A stretch of 59,213 nucleotides of DNA, the filler included, from Platydemus manokwari (lineage: Eukaryota), in assembly GCA_037951405.1 (NCBI GenBank). It is 5 parts of 5 records of this genome, joined end to end, with 100 filler letters (N's around TTAATTAATTAA, not from the genome) between each part and the next. Parts side by side here need not be neighbours in the genome. Positions count along the whole stretch, not along the records: positions 36,592 to 47,129 come from JBBMOY011126108.1; positions 47,230 to 59,213 come from JBBMOY010361112.1; 3 more parts are not named here. One strand, written 5' to 3'. This document shows positions 40,091-52,195 of this stretch, piece by piece. Both the position numbers and the translations under genes were made by a program. Under the pieces are notes generated by a model. The model had not been told where the DNA came from. It was given only the letters and a program-made list of their open reading frames with translations, and did no database searches. The stretch's first letter is position 1; each line of letters begins with the position of its first letter.

Positions 40091-42836
40091 TAATATATTC
40101 ATACAGAAAAAACACAAATACAATATTAATATTAGATTTTCAGTTTTAAATAATAGATAAGCGATTAGCCACGAATTCAATGAGCACTTGTTTTTTTTAC
40201 TAAATCGAATTGGTTCTTTCTGTTAAAAATTGGCCACTTTCACCGGGAAGCACCATGCTTAAATAATGAAAAGGATGAATGAGAGAATGAATAAATGAAA
40301 TTTGTATGATATAAAATTTATAAAAACCAAGAATAGATTGTATAGCAATGATACAGAGAAGATATCAGAGAAGTAGCAGTTATTGTGAAAACCGGACTCG
40401 TATAGCGAGAATCATAAATTCAGAAACAAGGGACTTTGGTAGCTTATTAAATAAATGATTTTTATGAATTGAGATTTTGTTGTGAACGAATAAACATTGT
40501 ATTAATATGTTTTCTCTTTGCCATTTATGGATTTAGATAAATCAACAGAATTATTACATGGATAAAATTTATTAACCAAAACCCATAAATAATTTACCAA
40601 ATTCCATTTCGTATTCACTATTTATCGTTTCACTCGATATATTTCTGAAATGAATTCCTCAAATGTTAATTGATTTTCCATTATCGTCCAGATTGATTTT
40701 GTTCCTTTTCAAATCATTTCCCATCGATGGCAAATAAATTCATTGTGTGTGAGTAATGATTATTTGATTATCGATTTCGGGACACGGTGGCTTAGATTAA
40801 TTTCTATTTTTACTTCATTTAAATTTATATTGGAAATAAATTGTAGAAATATATCGTTCGTACACTCTTATACGAAACATGATTCAGCAAATAATTCTAA
40901 TATTTTCATTTTTCTAGAGACTAAACATAATAATTAATCTTAATAATGTTTTACTTAATCTAATGACTCTATGTCCGCATTTGGATCGGCAATATGGTAC
41001 TGTGAGAACCCCAGTATTCGCGATGATAATTTTAAAAATTAACAATCTTACAAATTTCAACGAAAATTTGGCCGATTGTTTAAACTGTGGAATTATGGGT
41101 TTGACAAAATTAATTTTTAGTGAATTTTAAATGACTCTAGATGACTGAACGAATAAATTATCATATATTAAGAAATAATATCTTATAACTTTTTTTTTAT
41201 TTTCATAAATTTTCATGAATAACTTTACTTGTTGTGATTTTTACACTAAAGATTTTCATTAATATTTAAAATTATAGAATCTAAATTAAAATAGAAAATG
41301 TTAATATTTTGCTAATGTGAAAATAGACGTTCTCACTATAATTTGAAAATATGTTATTGAGCCAAATAGAAATTCATATGGGAAGAAATTATATTTGAAT
41401 GTTTTGAATTTTAATGATGGTTAATTTTGATTTCAATTAAGTAAACTTGCTAAAGTTAAGAAAAGTGATCCGAAAATAAAATTTTTAATTTGCTGAATGT
41501 ATTGCAAAAATCTATATAGTTTATGAATTTTAGTTGCTTAAATCAAATATTAAATGCACTAGAGTTTCAAAATCTCCTAAATTTTGATTATTTGAAAGTA
41601 GGTCGAATTGCAATTTATTGAAAACCGGCGAAGACTTTTTAGGCATTAAAAGCAAATAGAGATACTTTAAATTTATACAATTATTTGATAAAAACAAGTA
41701 ATATTAGACTGTTAAATTTGTCATGAGTTTCCTAATTTCATTTATAATTAAATAAATTTAAATTTATAAAATCAAAAAATTATGTAAAGGTGTTGTGATT
41801 AGAATGGAAAATTGGCTTTAAAGCTATGTTTTGTCGCCATTCGTCATCTTAAAAAATCAAGTACTAACTGAATTATAGAAATAAATTAAACATAGAAATT
41901 ATAAATAAAATTCAGTTATAAAATTATCAGATGCGCGAAAATTCATTATAACGAAAGTAGGTCAAAAGACCCTTTTTCTAATCCTAAGCCCAATTTAGTA
42001 TTTTAAAATGTAATTGTTTTGATTTATTGTTAAATTTAAAAATATTTTGTCCTTTTATTAATTAATTTCAATAACCTAAAATGTAAGGTTCACGTTTTAC
42101 AGTCTGACTCCATACAATATGAAAAGTTTTCACCGATAATAGAGTGCAATACATTTTCTAAAATATATATTACGCACAATAATATAAACAGGCTCACTCT
42201 GCTGCAACCCTAATTAAATACATTTAAAATAGAGCTACGTTATTTATGTTTTTGATTGACTACCAAGGAAACTCATTATGATTGTATAACAAATTCTCAA
42301 TAGCTGATACGGTTAGTGCTATTACCAGATACTGACAAATTCAGATACTATACTAAATAATATAATAATATATACTTGTGTTTTATGAACTACGTTAGCG
42401 GCATGAGAATATATAAAGTTATTACATATATTTTCACTTTATTTTGTTTTATTTAAAAATTTTATTATAAAATTAAATTATTAAATTTTATTATAAATTT
42501 TATTAAAAATCCAAACTTCTTTATCCGGAACCTCCAGTTCCCCATAAATCAATTTCATTAGAACAACTTAAATTGTGAATATCTGTTCTGAAATTATTAA
42601 TTAATCAGTGAGATCGATGTTTCATGCAAGGTTAACATGTTTTCATTATGTGAGTTCGAGTATCCCAATTCAAGTCCTCGATAAGTATTTAAATTTTTAT
42701 ATGTATCGGGCACAGATTCCAGTTGATGATAATCAAACTTTTGATGGAAAATCAATTCACTATTTTCATTGAATGCCAAGTTATTTTAAATGTTTTTGTT
42801 TTAAAAATTCATAATTTTATCATTAATTTTTGTAAA

Positions 42837-42905
<69 letters not shown>
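42837..42905. repeat. (AAT)n microsatellite
   Basis: Perfect AAT run of about 23 units abutting element B. Confidence 0.97.
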
Positions 42906-42906
<1 letters not shown>

Positions 42907-43039
42907 TTAGGTCTACAGTGTGTAGAGCGCAACAATTCTTGTATTGACCTGACTCCAAATTCTAAACAAAGATGCACACTTTCCATTTCCTTTTCTTCTC
43001 GGAAATTACTGGGTTTCTTGGAAGTTCCTGGAATTACTA

Positions 43040-44666
43040 ATGCTCCTCTGCGTTCCAACTCCTCAATTCTCTCATCGAGGGATTGTACCCTCTCTCGGGT
43101 TTTAATTTGTTAGGTTTCTGGGATTTCTTTTGTTGGCATCTCCTCGTCCTCCGGGGTGAAGTACTTTTCCTCTTCCATCTCCGCGCGAGTGTGCCATCCG
43201 TATTTAACCTTAGACTCTGGGTTGTACACGTCAAGACCTTTGGTATATATCCATAGCTCATTCTCATCCAGAATCTCTACAGAGTCTGGAGTATCCCATA
43301 ACAATTCTTCTTTTGTATCTATTTCCTCCAACTTGATCCTTTTACTGGTGGAAGGTTGACATTCTCCTGTGGTTCTACTTGTGGATGGTCTGGGCTCCTC
43401 TTGATTCGTTCGATATATCCTTGGATAACGATGTCTGAATCTTCCCAGTCTCCTTTTTCTTCGTTTCGTTGCTCTATTTTCTTGGATTGCTCTGTTTTCT
43501 TGGACGGGATTCTCAACTTGGTTTCCTCCTAGTCCTTTCTTTCTTCGCTTGTTTCCTTGAGTTCGAAAAGATTATGATCTGTCCACCTGGAATATACAGT
43601 GAGGTAGATTTTCTTTATTATTTCTACAATATGACTTTTTTATATTTCATAAACTTCCTTGGGAACTCATATTTGACATAATGACTCGATAGTCTTTGGA
43701 GGGCGAATCTTCCATTACTCCTCTTCACGCCATCATCTCCAAATACTGGCGTATTTGGTAATTCTCTCACTCCACATAGGTCACCGAGAGTGATTCTCAG
43801 AGCTAAGAGTCCTTCCAATACTCTATGACCGATAACAACTGTTCCCCTCAATAATTTATTTACTTCCTCTTTGGCCAACAGTTCATCTCTCCTTCCTTGA
43901 ACGGTTTCTTCGATTAGGCCATATTGAGGTGTTCGGTAGTCCAAGATTCAGGCTCTTTTGGTAATTACATTTGAATACGTCAATTTTCCTTGATAGTCTA
44001 GTATATTGACGGCTATCGGAACAAGCTCGTTGGCAAATTCCAGTTGTGCTAATGCCATATGAACAAATCTCACTATTCGTTTTATATCCTGCTCCGTCAT
44101 TTTCATTCGTAAAAAGGATCTGTGATTTTCGATTTGGAGGCAGTCGTTGTTCAACTCCCCAAATGTTTTTTTAGATTGACGGGGTGCCTTTCCCCAATTG
44201 GGTTGATCCTTAGCGAATATGGTTAGTGACCACATTTCTCTTTCTTCGTGTATATTTCTCATTACAATCTTTTTGAGGTTCTCACTGGATCCTTCAATAG
44301 TCTTTGTTGCATAGGGTATCACTATAGTTTTCAAACCCATTTCCGGGATGGCAACTTCAATTGCTGTGAGGACGTTATCGATCTCGATCTCTTTTTGGTC
44401 CTCTATCAGTCCTTTTATAGGCAATTCACCTTCTTAGAAACATTAGAAACTCTTAGAAACATTCTTCTGTTTTCCACCGCTTTCTCATTGAGGCAATTGG
44501 GTATATCTTGTACCCTTGTAATATTGATCTGCCTCCAATGATTAATATTCATGAAGACCTCTACTCAAGCATAAAGGATTCGGGCTTTTATCGTCTTCTT
44601 TACTGACATCGCTTTTCTTTTTGACATTGTGGTTGCTTCTGTTTCTGTTGTGGGTTTATTGCTCAT
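43040..44666 (-). pseudogene. Accessory ORF containing a REX4/ISG20-like (DEDDh-fold) exonuclease domain and an acidic tail
   Basis: AVNILDYQGKLTY, DYRTPQYGL, KEEVNKLLRGTVVIGH, LALRI, ALQRLS, IYL....W follow the REX4 pattern RVSIVN..G...YD / DYRT.VSGI / V.KLL.G.ILVGH...DL / SLK.LA. Interrupted by stops and frameshifts. Confidence 0.62.
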
Positions 44667-44696
44667 TCTAAAATATAAATAATCATTAATATCAGT

Positions 44697-45545
44697 TTAT
44701 ACTCTTTTCATAAAAGAACCTAAACAATTTACTTTATACATTAGATACACTATGTACTGTACTTTATAATTTAATTTATACAGTAGATTCACAATGTACT
44801 GTAATTTTAACATCGAGTATCCTGGATTCCTCTTTTTTGAATATATATAATACTGTCGGTAGCTGACTACCAATCTCGTTTTTACTGTTACTATGACTAT
44901 CAGGATCGCAATGGTTATCATTACAAATCTTATTGTCATTAACTGTTCTACGGATCTTAAAGATTCTTTGTCCTGATTTGATTCGTTTCCTCTTTCTGGT
45001 CCGATAACTATTCTCTTCAAATGAGTACCGGGAAGCCGGAAAACCGACTCCGTAGTCAATTTATTCCTCATTTTCCTCCGGTTTCTTTTAGCAATCATGG
45101 CTTTGATCCATATCCGGATTGACTGCCAGTCTCTGGTTGTCGTAGGTTTCATTGTCGTAGTCATAGGTAATGGCAGCCGTTTGAAACTATATTCTGGGAC
45201 TGTTATATCTACTTCCTCGTATTGTTCAATCCAAAATTTAGCTGACTCTTTATTCAACCGATTATACCTTATATGAGGTTTTATAGGCCTCCTTTCTTCC
45301 AATGTCATGTCATATCTCCTATTTTTCTCATCTAAAATCAGTACCGTATTCTCCATTTGAATCTGCACTGTATAATTTCTCTCTGGCTTCCAAATCCAAA
45401 TTACCTTTTCTTTTGACACATGTATTTTTACTGTTGCACATATCCACCTCGTCTTCACTCTGTATTTCTGTCTAGTTTTCCGGCTACGGTCACTTTAGCT
45501 TGAAACCACTGCTAGAAAAACCAGTAAACTCGTGACGATCTCAAA
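44697..45545 (-). pseudogene. Putative type-I membrane protein ORF in the 3' region of element B
   Basis: Hydrophobic IVTSLLVFLAVVSS (then one in-frame stop at 45495-97), a Thr-rich stretch, basic KRNRRKMR, TM FVMITIAILIVIVTV and a short tail. Confidence 0.45.
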
Positions 45546-47129
45546 TTATTTAATGAAACCTTATTCCTATGTTTTCCTAAATAAACTTCGGCTCTATTTC
45601 CTTCGCTTAATAATAAGGCCATTGACACCAGCGGGTCACTGTCGCAATCACAAATGGAACAAAGGGAAGGTATCTTTTCTTGTCAATTCGTTGACCTTCC
45701 TATAATCTATACAAATTCTTTGAGTTCCATCTTTCTTCTTTACCAATATAAAAGGTGACCCCCATGGTGATGAACTCTCTCTTATAGTTTCATTACTTAA
45801 CATTTCTTGGACCTGTTTATTCACTTCTCCTTCCAAGGTGTATGGCACTCGATATGGTCACTGTCTGATGGACGTTGGTTCTGTTAATATAATATTGTGT
45901 TTCTGTATAGTACATTTTCCTAAATCGTACTCGTTTTTAACAAACACATCGTGGTACTTCTTAAATTTATTTAGTAACCTTTTCTTCAGGTTTTCATTCA
46001 AAATCTGGCTTTCAATTGTAATGGGCTTATAACTCACAACATCGTTTATGTTTCCAATGACCGTTTCTGGTTCTAGGGCTGATAATTTCCACATCCTCAT
46101 GTCTGGCATGAGTCTTCTCGTTCTCGCTACTTGTTCCTGAGCATTGAATTCCTTGGCCATTAGTTTGTTTGGTTCGAACAACATTGGCTCAGATCCTTGT
46201 ATGTCTGTCTGCGCAAAGCATACTACTTCTGATCGCTCTGCTATTATCACTGTTTCTGTTACATAAGCTTCATCTTGTTTTCTCTTCCCTCGTTTCCTTT
46301 TCATTGCGATTAAGTTTCCGGAGGCCAAATCAAACACCGCTCCGTCCATTTGTGCTAAGATATCCACTCCAATTAATACTTCATAAGGACAGTTTTTCAT
46401 AACCCTTAATTCATGGGTGAACTTGTATTCACCGATTTGTACTTTGCATGAGTTTTTGCCTTCAAATGCGATTTTCTCTCCTGTAACAGTTCTAGACAAG
46501 CCTACTCCCTTGAGTGGCTTTAATTCTTCCTTGGTTAACATTTTATGTGAGATAATTGATACATTTGCTCCTGAATCTATTAATGCTAACATCTCGTAGT
46601 CATTATCTTTTACTTTTCTGACTGTCCGGTTCTATTTACTTTTTCTTTCAATTTACTTATTGATGTGTGATGCTTTGCCAGTAAGACAAAATTAGCAATG
46701 AAAGGTACACATACCATCAATCCTTTCCAAGTACATTCTAGTACTCTTATTAGTGCATATGTCGAAATACACTGATTCAACACCACCCTTATTAGAACTA
46801 TTACAAACCAGATTCCTAAAAATGCTGATACCACATTTCCTATGGCTACAAATCTTCCCCAAGGAAAGTCATTGCTGCTCTATTAAAGTGGTCTGATGCT
46901 AGCAAGTTCTCGAAGTGCGGCTGCTCTCCGCCTCCTTGCATTACTAAATCTACCATTTGTCTGATCACTCTTTCTTGCCTCAATGGAAACATTAAGTTTC
47001 TTCTTGCTTCTTCTATGTCTTCCAGGGTATAAATTCCCATTTTTGCAATATCATTTTACCAGGTTGAGTCAAAAGTTATTCATGTTTTTATGCAGGTATT
47101 TTATTAACACAAATTGTTATAACGCTGAA

Positions 47130-47229
47130 NNNNNNNNNNNNNNNNNNNNNNNNNNNNNNNNNNNNNNNNNNNNTTAATTAATTAANNNNNNNNNNNNNNN
47201 NNNNNNNNNNNNNNNNNNNNNNNNNNNNN
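47130..47229. other. Assembly spacer 4
   Basis: N44-TTAATTAATTAA-N44. Confidence 0.98.
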
Positions 47230-49022
47230 GCGCTAATTAATTGTCAAAATATTTCATTCCATAATACACAAATATTTTTTAATTCTTTAACATGCAAATC
47301 CCTTAACATCTCCAAATAAGAAATATATAATTTATACTACTTTCATAATCAAGGGCACATTTATAAATCATTGCAAATAAAATACAATAAATTTTTGATA
47401 GCTATAGAATGTCTTTGAAAATATCTGTTGATAATTTGAAAGCTCCAATATTAAAAATAGGCATTTTCTCATTTATCATGTGTGAAAATTGGTTTTGATC
47501 AGACAAAATTAATAATTTGGGATCTTAAGGAAAATGTATTCATATTGTTAGTGTTATTGTTAAGTTCCTATTTTGAATTCTATATTACTGGTTGAAGCAC
47601 GATGTCAATCCGATAAGGCGAGTGTTTTCAAATAACCAATCAAACCTTACTTAAAATTACAAGTATACTCAGACAATCAGATTCAGACGAGAGTAATTTA
47701 GAGATGGAACTGATGACGAACATCTTCTGTTTAAAAGGATTTAATGATTTCTTATATTATATATTTTAAAATATAGAGCCTTTTTTATTATTATTGTTAT
47801 TCAAAGTCGAACTCGATAAGATTCTTTAAGTAATAATTTTTTTATCTATTTACAGTTTCATTTTTCAGAAATTTTATCGTTAAAAGTTAATAATTTCCCT
47901 ACTGTTTATATAGTGCTTTCCATTACGGCTTGCGAATAATTATTTTTTTAAATTTTTTTTATTCTTTTATTTCAATTTTTTCGCCCACGTTATTAATTTT
48001 GATTTTCTTTCTTGTCCTCAGTATTTAATTTTGATTTCATCAACAACAATTAAATTAAGCGCATATATAAATTGATTGATTTTTCTCCAATGTTTTTGAC
48101 CTACATTTATAAAGTTTATTATTACTTTCATTTATTATAATAATTTTTATTTTAAGACGATGTCACTTATGGATTTAGTTTTTATATTTGATAAGCGTGA
48201 TTTCATATTGCTAAACTATAATTCATATTTTATCATTTATGCATAAACATGATGTATTTATGATTGCGAATGTGTATGGTTGTTGGAGTATTGTTAATGT
48301 TGTAAGAAGACTTAAATAATTATTTGAATCTGAATTTGTAAGTTATTTACTTTATCTTTTGATGTCTTTATTTAAAAATTTTAAAAAATAAGGATTGAAA
48401 CCAATAAATTGATGAAAACATAACAGAATAACAACAAAAAGATAATAAATAAAATATTTAATTAAAAATATTATTTAATACAAAAAATAGATATAAGTAA
48501 TCTAAAACAAAACTGCAATTGAGAGCTGGTTTGTTGTATATGTCTGAATACTAGACGAAGTAGTTTGTAATTTTTCATTTTTCTCTCTAGAAAATAAAGA
48601 TTAAATATTTAATTAAATATACTCGATACAATGTATGTTATATGAGGAATAATAATAGAGATTTTGCTTAATATTTGCCCACAACCTGGTTATTTGCATT
48701 ATTAATTAAAGATAAGAAGACAAATCAATAGTTCATACACCAATATGAATCAAAGTATTTAATCATATTTATCTCTAATGACATTGCTTTTAATCAGATG
48801 TTGCTGAGGATCTCTTTCTTCTTTCTCTTGTTAGTTACAGGCCTAGATATTATTCATCTATGCCATCCTCACAAGTATATTAAGTGGCTGTGATATGCCA
48901 TTTTTTTGTTGTCAACTACTAATGTTCTCAGAATATGGTGAGGCAAATATGATGGCTAATCGCCTGAATTGAATGTTTCTTTTCATTGTACTATGCAATG
49001 TACTATGGATTTGTTATATCGG

Positions 49023-52007
49023 TTAGTCTCTGCAATCCTGTGGTTGAGATATACTTGGTTTTTTTGTGATTGATTTATGCTTGTAGTCCTCCTTTTTACT
49101 TATCTTGAGTAATGGTTCATTTATGCCACTTCCGATTTCTATTTCTACTACGTCAGCATCTAAATCGATGGACTCGTTATTAAGTATAGGATGTTTTGGT
49201 ATGGCCCATTTAATATCGATAAGATTCTGGACTGTTTGAATTTGCTCAACTTGATCATTGGTCGCTAATTCGTGACGTGTACAGCATTCCTGTATGCATG
49301 TAAGCATGATGTAATGTGCTCGTCCCAGTTATTTTGAGCTTCGTTTACGTATGATGACAGCATATTTAGTAAAGTTTCATTAAACCTTTTAACCAATCCG
49401 CGAAGCTGCGGATGGTATGGTAAGGTGTGTAACTTGATTATTTGGGGATGATCATTTATTTCAGTCAATGTGTTATTGAGGAATTTGGTTTCCCTATCGG
49501 TAAATAACCGGTTTGGTACCGTATCTGAGTATGATCTGTTCAATTAGATTCGTCTTATGATCCGGAATTAGATGTGGCTCTGGCCACAAAGGGCTATTAA
49601 GTATTTGTTACCATTTGGTGTCAATGGTAATGTCCCAACCATATCAATAATCATCGTTTTCATGGGTGCGTAAGGTGCTGACTTGGATTTTAATGGTATC
49701 TCGTATTTCTTATCAGTATTCTTTCTTGTCTGACATATTTGAATTGTTTGGCTTCATTTCGATTTTCTTATTTCATAGTTCTCCAATGTCATTTCTGTTT
49801 TAGGCGTGAGAGCGTTTTTCTAGTAGGGTACTTCCTATGATCCCATCATGACATTGCAATCGTAAAATATTTTTTAACTTTCAGACCTGATTATCAGTTT
49901 TTTGTCTGCTTCTTCATATTTTAATATATCCCTGTGTTTCTTAAGATAAGAAGGAGATTCGTCCCATGTTTCCCACGAATATTGGATCCCCAATTGTTAG
50001 TAGTAATAATCACCAGTCTTTTACACCAGCATTCTCAAATACTCAATAGCTCTCACTCGTTCATATTTAAGAATTACTGCGATAACAAACCGGTATATAT
50101 TACAACTATTGCTATACCGTATATTTCATTATCTTGCCTATGAAGTCTACTAAGTTCAATTTTATTTTGGAATTCCTGTACGGTTTATACAATGCTTGAG
50201 GTATCGATTTTATAGGCTTCATGTATGGGTCGAAATAATGCGTCTACATTTTCGCTATTTTTACCTTTACGATATTTTGATATTTTATTGTTGAAGATTT
50301 AATGCCCATCGGATAAGCTGTGATGCTACGTCCCTGTGCTGTAACAGCCATTTTAAAGGTCTCTGATCTATTAATTCGTGGATTTCTTGTTCTGAACTTT
50401 TCGACTGCATAGACTATTACTAATGCTTTGATTTCGATTAGAGCGTAGTTTTTCTCGTGGTTTTTAAATCCTCCACTGACGTTTGATTTGCATATTCATT
50501 TCCATTTTCATCGATTTGACCCAGTACTGATCCTATCGAGCAGCTACTGGCGTCGGTTATAATATAAATGATTTGTTAGGAACTGAAAGCCTCAATATAG
50601 AGTTCTTCTATAGGTTTTTCCTTGAGAGCCTGAAAAACTTTTTCCTCTCTTCATTCCAGACAATTGGTTTGTTTTTCTGTAGTAATATTGCAGAGATGGC
50701 TGCACAATTTCTAATGAATTTTTGGCAGTAATTTACTAGCCCGGTAAATTTTTGTACTTGTATCATGTTTATTAGTTCTGGAAAATTTTCTACTTTTTCT
50801 ACATATGCCTTATCCGGTTTCGCCCTTCTCCTAAGATGACATGTCAAAGACACTTTAACTCTTTCATTTCCCATACATGTTTTGTGGGTTTAAATTTAAC
50901 GTTAGTGGAGATCATTCGCTCAAATATTTGTTCTAGATCTTTCAGGTGTTCATCGAACTTGGTTGTAAAGCTGATGACATCGTCAATGTATATGATTTCA
51001 TGTGATCATCCCATGAGTACAAGGTAAATTGCAAACTGGAAGTTTTGTGGTCCGCATTTTAATCCAAAGGGCATGACTGTCCGCTTAAGTATTTTCTTCA
51101 CATCTGTAAATGAAGTGATGGGTTTGGATTCTTCGTTTATAAGGATATTATTATATCTGTTTGCAAATCTAGGGTTGAAAAGATGGTTGATAGTTTAGGC
51201 TTAGCACAATCGTATGCAGTGACCATAAATGTTTTATTAATTAACTAGAAAGTTAGTACGAGTTTTATTAATGTCCCCATAAATCCTTCATTTAGCCCTT
51301 CGAATACTCGCTATTCTCCTATGAGATTGGAGTTATTTGGTATGAAATTTCCCAACAGCTGATGAGTTGAAACCACCCATTGAGTGATTGGTGTGCTTAT
51401 CATAGTCATTCTATTGACTGTATCATTTAATTGGTTATCAGTAAGCCTGGTGGCTTGTAAGATTTTATTAGCTAGATAGGTGAATGATACTTTCGTACAA
51501 AATTCAGCTAATTCATATTGGACTACTTCCGATATAAGTGTTTATGGATCATTGATCCTATTATTTATCAGAGCTTGTTTGATTCTTGGAAGATATCTTT
51601 TAATCTTCTTTATTAATTCTTGATGGGAGTTTGTGGTAGTTTTGTGTTTTGAGGATCGACTTTTTCAATAATTTTAGCTTTTGACGGAAAGAGTAGCTTC
51701 GTCAGCAATACCTCGTAGTATAAATAATCCTTATTAATAAATTTATTCTTTGGTTTAAGGAACGAAACTAAAGATGGTTTCTCAATTTTGGACATCTTGA
51801 TTTATTCCGTATCTATTGCAAAATTTGTGCCTTGTGTGTCGACTCGCAACGCTTTTAGTAAGCTGTAATAGGTTAAGCTCAGTGCTGCATCAATATGGTT
51901 ACGAACTCCGTTTAAAATTGGTCATCAATCAATTAAATTTTTTTATGTTGGCAAATCTAACATTGGACCGAAAGTCGTCTCAATATTGTTTGAACCATGA
52001 CATGTGA
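49023..52007 (-). mobile_element. Element C: decayed, internally deleted Gypsy element related to A (N-terminal domain - glycoprotein start fused to RT - RH - IN)
   Basis: FEGLNEGFMGTLIKLVLTF*LINKTFMVTAYDCAKPKLSTIFS (51176-51315) matches element A LEGLNGEFLNTLIKVILICNLVGKTSMLTAYHCAKSKLSTVFS. Then TLDLQT, MPFGL, IYIDD, FTGLVNY, TDASS, NYALIE, PYHPQ..GLVKRFN. Confidence 0.88.
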
Positions 52008-52195
52008 AGAACATATAAGGAGAATTTTGAATTTTATTTGTACATTTTATCAAAATAGGCCTGGAATTTATTAATTTATTTACCTGTGATTTATGCGGAA
52101 TAGCCCTCATTACGCAATACTGAATGTCAATGATGTAGATTAATATATTTGTTTCAATATGGTCACAATTTTATAAGAATCACTGAACAAAGATT

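Larger units (their letters stand above)
42905..47129 (-). mobile_element. Element B: internally deleted Gypsy element with glycoprotein C-terminus - PR - RT N-terminus - (deletion) - accessory ORFs
   Basis: GIYTLEDIEEARRNLMFP...DHFNRAA (46846-47040) and TM VSAFLGIWFVIVLIRVV (46610-46834) are homologous to the element A glycoprotein. Then LALIDSGA protease, [34 protein letters not shown]; RT stops at about 45650. Confidence 0.88.

Noticed and set aside
42723-43058. Poly-Asn and poly-Ile ORFs
   Set aside because: Translations of the (AAT)n microsatellite.
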